Assembly (NCBI GenBank): GCA_902536485.1
Contig: CACAXP010000003.1
Span: forward strand, 1 to 63,424
Length of the DNA: 63,424 nt
Reading direction: 5' to 3'
Source of the DNA: an uncultured Alphaproteobacteria bacterium
GTDB lineage: Bacteria; Pseudomonadota; Alphaproteobacteria; Methylaequorales; Methylaequoraceae
Numbering within the stretch: the stretch's first letter is position 1; every line of letters begins with the position of its first letter. Below, in pieces: positions 58,167 to 63,424 of this stretch. The translations under genes were made by a program, and so were the position numbers. The notes under the pieces were generated by a model. The model was not told the DNA's origin, ran no database searches, and saw only the letters and a list, made by a program, of their open reading frames with translations.

Positions 58167-58855
58167 GTTTTTAACACAACTTTTTTTTCATTTTTTGCAT
58201 ATCCGTTAATAATTTTTCCACTTTTGATGTTTTTAACTCTAATTTTTCCCATAAAATCAGCACTATTTAGAGCAATTCCTTCTTCTTTAATTGTAATACT
58301 TCCAACCTTATTTTCTATTATTATAATGCTATTCTTTTCTATTAGCCAATCCTTTTCAAAATTTGAATGATATAGTGCTTTTCCAGATGAAATAGAATTT
58401 TTAAGTTTTTTTCCAACTATTTTACTTTTTTCTTCAACCAAATTATTCTTTATAATAATAGATTTCTTGACATAAACTAAGTCATCCTCATTAATCACTG
58501 CTCCAGCAGACTTAGGGTTTTTAAGAGTTATAACATTAAATTTTTTTTTATTTTTTTCTTTTAAACTATATGATTTTTTATTTTTGGATTTATTTCTTGT
58601 TATTAAACTCCATTCGTTAGGATATAAACAACTGATTTTAATAAGATTGAATGAACCTGAAATATCTGAGATTAACATATTATTATTTGTGCAAGAGGGA
58701 TATTTCAAACTCTTGAGGAGTTTAACATTACCAGATTGATTATTTTTTTTTAACCATTCATTAACTAAACCTTCTATTTCCTTTCCATTAATTGAGTTAG
58801 AGGCTTTGGAGTCACAAAAAAAACTAATGAAAACAAAAAACAAAAAGAGCTTCAT
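58154..58855 (-). CDS. flgA: P-ring assembly chaperone FlgA
   Basis: Signal peptide, SAF-like domain, C-terminal G.ALNS...G.IRVKN..SG.II; upstream of flgM. Confidence 0.85.
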   Translation of the reverse strand: MKLFLFFVFISFFCDSKASNSINGKEIEGLVNEWLKKNNQSGNVKLLKSLKYPSCTNNNMLISDISGSFNLIKISCLYPNEWSLITRNKSKNKKSYSLKEKNKKKFNVITLKNPKSAGAVINEDDLVYVKKSIIIKNNLVEEKSKIVGKKLKNSISSGKALYHSNFEKDWLIEKNSIIIIENKVGSITIKEEGIALNSADFMGKIRVKNIKSGKIINGYAKNEKKVVLKTKQN

Positions 58856-58860
58856 ATTAT

Positions 58861-59298
58861 TTAGTTTCCGTAAAAATAAATATGATTTCTTTGGCTTGAT
58901 TTTGAATTTGAATTTTTGTCAGGAGCTTTTCTTACTAAATTCATTATCTCACTTACAGAAGGAATTTTTAAAACTTTTCCTGCGTACAAAAAATGAGGAT
59001 TTTCTCTTACAAATGCATGCTTGTTTATTTCTATTAAGGATATTTCAATGATTTTCATATTTAAACCTGTATTACCATAATATTTATTAAGAATTTCGCT
59101 AAGTGATTCACCTTCCTTAACTTTATGGTTGACAGAATAGTTATGATCTTTAATAAACCTATTGTTTTTATTGATATTTTTTTTGTTTAACTCGTTGTTT
59201 AAATTTTGATTATTGTATTCAAGAATAACAAAGGGTTCATTGGATTTGATTTCAAATCCTAAAAAAGTAATAAAAAGTATAATAAAAAAATTCTTCAT
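58861..59298 (-). CDS. Secreted stand-alone LysM protein (FimV/HubP-type LysM)
   Basis: VKEGESLSEI...INKHAF..ENPHFLYAGKVLKIP; ATG 59298 lies 1 nt after the flgT stop. Confidence 0.7.
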   Translation of the reverse strand: MKNFFIILFITFLGFEIKSNEPFVILEYNNQNLNNELNKKNINKNNRFIKDHNYSVNHKVKEGESLSEILNKYYGNTGLNMKIIEISLIEINKHAFVRENPHFLYAGKVLKIPSVSEIMNLVRKAPDKNSNSKSSQRNHIYFYGN

Positions 59299-59299
59299 T

Positions 59300-60478
59300 T
59301 TAATTTGTAAACCTAATAATTTTTCCATTCAAATCTTCTGTTTTATTTGATGGATTTAGTATATCAAGAATTGAAAAGTTTCCGCTCGTTTTTTTTACTG
59401 TCACAGCAACCCAATCATTCATGGAATGATTAATGTTCCTGTTAGACACGTAACCTACATTTCCAATTTCAAGACCATGATTAATTCCTATTGGTACGGT
59501 TAGGACCCCTTTAACAATTTCAGCTTTTGCTTCAAGAGGATGGCACTTTAATTCATCAATAACTCTGAATTGAATTTTTGATAAACTCTTTGAAATTAAA
59601 CTTGTAATTTTATCATAAGGGACTCTGTAAAAAGCATCAACATGAGAATATCCAGTTTCATTTCCTAAATAAATTGAAAATGTGTAGTTCAATGAATCAA
59701 TTAAATTTAATCTTGGTCCTTCATAAATGTTCAGTTTCAAATTTATTATCAATTCATCGGAAAATCTTGTTAGCCTTCCTTTTCCTCTATTAATATTTAT
59801 TATTGGATGTAAACCAAATTCACCACTTTTTATTGAATCAACTTCGCCCTCCACCAGAGAAGTATAATCTAGTTCTAGGGGTTTGTTCGCTAATGTTTTT
59901 GGATTAAAGGCAAATCCAGTTAAATCTATTAGATTTAGGTTATTAAACTCTTTTAAATTTTTATATATATTTGAGGAAATAATTGATGGAAATTTTTGAC
60001 TGTAAGCCGGAAGACTGCTAGACACCCTAAAATAAGGTCTTAGATAACTTAAATTAATTTGTTCTCTAGCATCACAGTTTTGGGTTTCATTAACGCTTAC
60101 AAGAAAAGCTCGTATTTTAACTAAAAAGTGTGTAGGATCCTCTTTTTCCTCAATGATAACAAAATCTTTTATAGAAGATGAGGGTCTGATTAATATATTT
60201 TCATTTAGAGATGTATTTGTGTTCACAGAAGAATAACCATCAACTTTTGCACCAGCTTGAAGGCTTGCCATATACAAAGCATCATCTAAAGCTCTTTTTT
60301 TTGCCGTTTCTACATCACCTTCAATAATGACAGCACGTCCTTCAGAAACTACTTCAGTGTGCTTAAATTCTTGGGCGACAAGAAAAGTTGTAAAAAATAA
60401 AAAAAATAATAGGGATGAAAAAAAGAGTGTTAGCTCTTTTAGTAATCCATCAACTTTATTATAAGGAATTCTTTTCAA
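59300..60478 (-). CDS. flgT: Flagellar H-ring/T-ring assembly protein FlgT
   Basis: FlgT N-domain VSEGRAVI..GD...AKKRALDDAL..A...AGA.V and C-domain C.PLEAK...V.IG..HGL..G. Confidence 0.82.
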   Translation of the reverse strand: MKRIPYNKVDGLLKELTLFFSSLLFFLFFTTFLVAQEFKHTEVVSEGRAVIIEGDVETAKKRALDDALYMASLQAGAKVDGYSSVNTNTSLNENILIRPSSSIKDFVIIEEKEDPTHFLVKIRAFLVSVNETQNCDAREQINLSYLRPYFRVSSSLPAYSQKFPSIISSNIYKNLKEFNNLNLIDLTGFAFNPKTLANKPLELDYTSLVEGEVDSIKSGEFGLHPIININRGKGRLTRFSDELIINLKLNIYEGPRLNLIDSLNYTFSIYLGNETGYSHVDAFYRVPYDKITSLISKSLSKIQFRVIDELKCHPLEAKAEIVKGVLTVPIGINHGLEIGNVGYVSNRNINHSMNDWVAVTVKKTSGNFSILDILNPSNKTEDLNGKIIRFTN

Positions 60479-60490
60479 TCTAATATCCCT

Positions 60491-60994
60491 TTACAATGTT
60501 TGTGCTTGTCTAAACAAATAAGCAACCATGTCTTGGTCAATCTCCAAAACAGTCTCATAGGTATCTGAACCAGTTGGATTAATCCTTACAGTTCTGGCTC
60601 CTCTGATAACTCCAGAGACAATACCCCTGAATGTGTCATTTTGAACCATTAAATCAATTACAGTTGTATTACTGTCAACTTTTAAGCCATGTATTTGTTC
60701 AGCTAATTCTCTCATTGCAGACATTCTTGCTGCTCTGATAGCCATAAGCCTTCTTTGTTCAATATTTTGCCCTGGTTGGGTCGAAACTACAGCATATCCA
60801 GTTGCTGTTAGAGTAGGGAAGGTAATTGATGCACCGTCTAATAATTCTCTAGTTTTGTTTAATTGGTTTGTTGGTGCGGAATAGTCATCACCTAAATTAT
60901 TTTTACTAAGTTTAGGTTGATTTAGATTATCCATTAAATTTGTTGCACAGGATTGCATAAATAAAATTGCAATTGCTAAAACTATATTTTTCAT
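60491..60994 (-). CDS. flgP: Flagellar lipoprotein FlgP (LPP20 family)
   Basis: Lipobox MQSC; ATGYAVV...RLMAIRAARMSAMRELAEQIHGL.V. Confidence 0.88.
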   Translation of the reverse strand: MKNIVLAIAILFMQSCATNLMDNLNQPKLSKNNLGDDYSAPTNQLNKTRELLDGASITFPTLTATGYAVVSTQPGQNIEQRRLMAIRAARMSAMRELAEQIHGLKVDSNTTVIDLMVQNDTFRGIVSGVIRGARTVRINPTGSDTYETVLEIDQDMVAYLFRQAQTL

Positions 60995-61036
60995 ATTTTT
61001 TGTCCTTAATTAAATTTATAACTTATGAGAAGTCGT

Positions 61037-61052
61037 TGCATAATTTATGCCA
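61037..61052 (-). promoter_or_regulatory. Sigma54 promoter of the flgP-flgT-LysM-flgA-flgM operon
   Basis: Minus strand TGGCAT-AAATT-ATGCA, 42 nt upstream of the flgP ATG. Confidence 0.75.
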
Positions 61053-61087
61053 CATCACTTAAATCGTTGTTTTGCATTTAATCTTTG

Positions 61088-61103
61088 TGGCATAGCCCTT
61101 GCA
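61088..61103 (+). promoter_or_regulatory. Sigma54 promoter of flhA-flhF
   Basis: TGGCAT-AGCCC-TTGCA, 90 nt upstream of the flhA ATG. Confidence 0.85.
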
Positions 61104-61193
61104 TCTCTTTATATATATGAAAAAAAAATTAATAAATGAAGGTAAACCAGGGCTTTCAGATGGTCAATTTTTTGACTCTAGAGGTATTGAAGT

Positions 61194-63329
61194 ATGGATT
61201 TAGTTTTACGACAGTTTGAAAAAGCAAATTTTTTAAGTTTGATTAGAACGTTCAGTATACCTGTTGGAATTATAATTTTGATTACCATGATGGTGATTCC
61301 CTTAAGTCCATGGTTACTAGATTTGTTATTAACATCAAATTTGCTTATTTCCTTACTTGTATTGATGGTAGCTTTACAAGCTTTTAGACCATTAGATTTT
61401 TCAAGTTTTCCAACAGTATTATTATTTGCCACCGTTTTGAGATTAGGACTCAATGTGGCATCAACCAGAGTTATCTTAAAAAACGGTCATTCAGGAACAG
61501 ATTCAGCTGGAAGTATAATTGAAGCTTTTGGTGAGTTTGTAATGTCAGGAAGTTACGCAGTTGGTCTTTTTGTTTTTGCAATTTTAGTAATAATCAATTT
61601 AATTGTAATTACAAAAGGTGCTGGAAGAGTGTCTGAAGTAGCAGCAAGATTTACTTTAGATGCAATGCCTGGAAAACAGATGGCTATTGACGCGGATCTC
61701 AATGCAGGGATATTAACTAGTGAAGAGGCGAAAGAGCGAAGAAAAGAAATCGCTAAAGAGGGGGAATTTTATGGGGCTATGGATGGTGCAGCGAAGTTCG
61801 TAAAAGGAGATGCGATAGCTGGTATTTTAATTCTTATTATTAATATAATTGGTGGGTTAATTATCGGTACTACACAACATGACTTAAGTTTATCTGAATC
61901 AGCTGAAACTTATATTCTATTAACAGTAGGTGATGGTCTTGTTGCTCAAATTCCTTCATTATTATTAGCCATGGCTACTGCAACAATTGTTACAAGAATC
62001 TCTTCTGACAACGATGATTTAGCAGGACAGATTTCAAATCAAATGGGATTATCAAAGGCGTGGGTTCCAGTTTCTGCAGTTCTGTTATTATTTGGTTTAG
62101 TTCCAGGAATGCCAAATACTTTATTCCTTGCTGGCTCGCTTCTTTCTGGAATTATAGCATGGTACACATCAAAGCAATCTGATGATTCTGATTCTAATCT
62201 TAATAAAGAGGATACTAGCGAAGAAAATCCAGGAAAAATTGATATGGATGAAGTTTCAGATAATTCTTCAATTTCTCTTGACCTTGGTTATGGACTTATT
62301 TCAATGGTTGATTCAAATGATAAAAAATCTGCAGGACCACTTATTTCAAAAATAACTGGTATAAGAAGACAAGTTTCTAAAGATCTGGGTTTTATTATTC
62401 CCAATGTGAGAGTCAGAGATGACTTATCATTAGACGCAAATGCCTATCAAATTAAAATTGGTCACACTATTGTTGCTGAAGATTTAATATATGCTGACAG
62501 AAAATTAGCTATGCCAGGTAACGAAACTCAAATGAAAATTCAAGGAATTAAAGTTAAGGATCCATCCTTTGGATTAGATGCGTATTGGATTGAAAAGCAC
62601 ATGGTCGCAAAAGCTGAATCTCAACATTATATGGTTGTTGAACCTGAGGCAGTAATTGGTACTCATTTGAACCAAGTTTTATTAAAATATGCAGGAGAGT
62701 TGTTAAGCCAAGACGATGTTCAGTCATTACTAGATAATTTGTCAAAAGTTAATCCTCAACTAGTTCAATCAGTTGTTCCAAAACTAGTTCCTTTACATCA
62801 TTTAACATTGATTTTAAGAAATCTTTTAGTAGAGAGAGTTCCAATAAGTGATCTGAAAAAAATTTTAGAAGCTTTGTCTAACCTTTCAGAAAAAAAATTA
62901 TCTCCAGATGAACTATCAGAAGCTGTAAGACCAGTTATTTCATCTTTGTTGATTCAAAAAATATCAAATGTAAAAGATTCCTTGAACATAGTTACATTTA
63001 ATCCTGATTTTGAACAAATGCTTATTACAATGGCAAAAAAAAGCAGTTCAGAGGGATTATTAATTGATCCAAGTTTAGCTAAGGAAATGATTCAATCGAT
63101 TATAGAAATAGGTGAGAAGTTTTCTGCTGATAACAGTTCCTTAGTTATTGTTACCTCGCCTATAATAAGAAAAGATCTGTCAATTCTATTGCGCCAGCAT
63201 GTAGAAGACGTTGTAGTTCTATCTTTCACAGAGCTACCTGAAAACAAAAGAGTGAAAGTAATTGCTACAGTTGGAGAAAAAATATCAACTTCAGATAAGG
63301 AGAAAAATAATGAAAACGCAAACATTTAA
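61194..63329 (+). CDS. flhA: Flagellar export gate protein FlhA
   Basis: FSSFPTVLL, ITKGAGRVSEVAARFTLDAMPGKQMAIDADLNAG, GAMDGAAKFVKGDA, GDGLVAQIP. Confidence 0.98.
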   Translation: MDLVLRQFEKANFLSLIRTFSIPVGIIILITMMVIPLSPWLLDLLLTSNLLISLLVLMVALQAFRPLDFSSFPTVLLFATVLRLGLNVASTRVILKNGHSGTDSAGSIIEAFGEFVMSGSYAVGLFVFAILVIINLIVITKGAGRVSEVAARFTLDAMPGKQMAIDADLNAGILTSEEAKERRKEIAKEGEFYGAMDGAAKFVKGDAIAGILILIINIIGGLIIGTTQHDLSLSESAETYILLTVGDGLVAQIPSLLLAMATATIVTRISSDNDDLAGQISNQMGLSKAWVPVSAVLLLFGLVPGMPNTLFLAGSLLSGIIAWYTSKQSDDSDSNLNKEDTSEENPGKIDMDEVSDNSSISLDLGYGLISMVDSNDKKSAGPLISKITGIRRQVSKDLGFIIPNVRVRDDLSLDANAYQIKIGHTIVAEDLIYADRKLAMPGNETQMKIQGIKVKDPSFGLDAYWIEKHMVAKAESQHYMVVEPEAVIGTHLNQVLLKYAGELLSQDDVQSLLDNLSKVNPQLVQSVVPKLVPLHHLTLILRNLLVERVPISDLKKILEALSNLSEKKLSPDELSEAVRPVISSLLIQKISNVKDSLNIVTFNPDFEQMLITMAKKSSSEGLLIDPSLAKEMIQSIIEIGEKFSADNSSLVIVTSPIIRKDLSILLRQHVEDVVVLSFTELPENKRVKVIATVGEKISTSDKEKNNENANI

Positions 63330-63423
63330 GGCAAAGGACGTTAAGTCTGCTATTAATTTAGTTAATGACGAATTTGGTGAAAAAGCAATAATATTATCAA
63401 CAAAGAAAAATAATGGATTTGTT
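63310..63423 (+). CDS. flhF: FlhF SRP-family GTPase, N-terminus only (runs off window edge)
   Basis: Manual translation MKTQTFKAKDVKSAINLVNDEFGEKAIILSTKKNNGFV matches the FlhF B-domain start; overlaps flhA end. Confidence 0.8.
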   Translation, partial: MKTQTFKAKDVKSAINLVNDEFGEKAIILSTKKNNGFV

Positions 63424-63424
63424 G

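Noticed and set aside
1356-63325. Many 60-130 aa ORFs antisense to or overlapping real genes in the ORF track (e.g. 4892-5278, 38857-39219, 61178-61453)
   Set aside because: Shadow ORFs opposite well-supported genes, with no motifs; expected from codon bias.

Overview
A very AT-rich, tightly packed (streamlined) bacterial chromosome segment. Gene content and order point to an Alphaproteobacterium. The photolyase cluster suggests a sunlit, probably marine habitat (inference); the taxon cannot be fixed from sequence alone. Bases 1-41.9 kb are core housekeeping genes in the usual alphaproteobacterial order: purF-cvpA-mlaFE-alr-dnaB, rplI-rpsR-rpsF, fabDG-acpP-fabF-mltG-gmk, rsmA-pdxA-surA-lptDGF, pepA-holC-ndk, purNM, hda-rnd-aspS, rpmG-rnr-topA-plsY-pyrC-pyrB-ruvX, gatCAB and tRNA-Ser(GCT). 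Several usual members are missing from their normal slots (radA, dprA, ppk/ppx). RNase R is N-terminally truncated and PyrC has lost its metal-binding HxH motif. After the tRNA come a light/oxidative-stress block (CPD photolyase, an Fe-S-less bacterial (6-4)-type photolyase, DUF2256, a 1-Cys peroxiredoxin) and then a flagellar cluster. The cluster is gammaproteobacterial/Rhodobacter sphaeroides Fla1-like rather than native alpha-type: flgBCDEF, flgP-flgT-LysM-flgA-flgM, a DUF2802-like gene and flhA-flhF. It has three clear sigma54 promoters and a giant 1298-aa hook protein FlgE carrying an internally repeated insertion of about 880 aa. Three small genes absent from the ORF track were found (rpmG, DUF2256, a cytochrome oxidase subunit IV-like peptide). 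No CRISPR array, integrase or transposase was seen.
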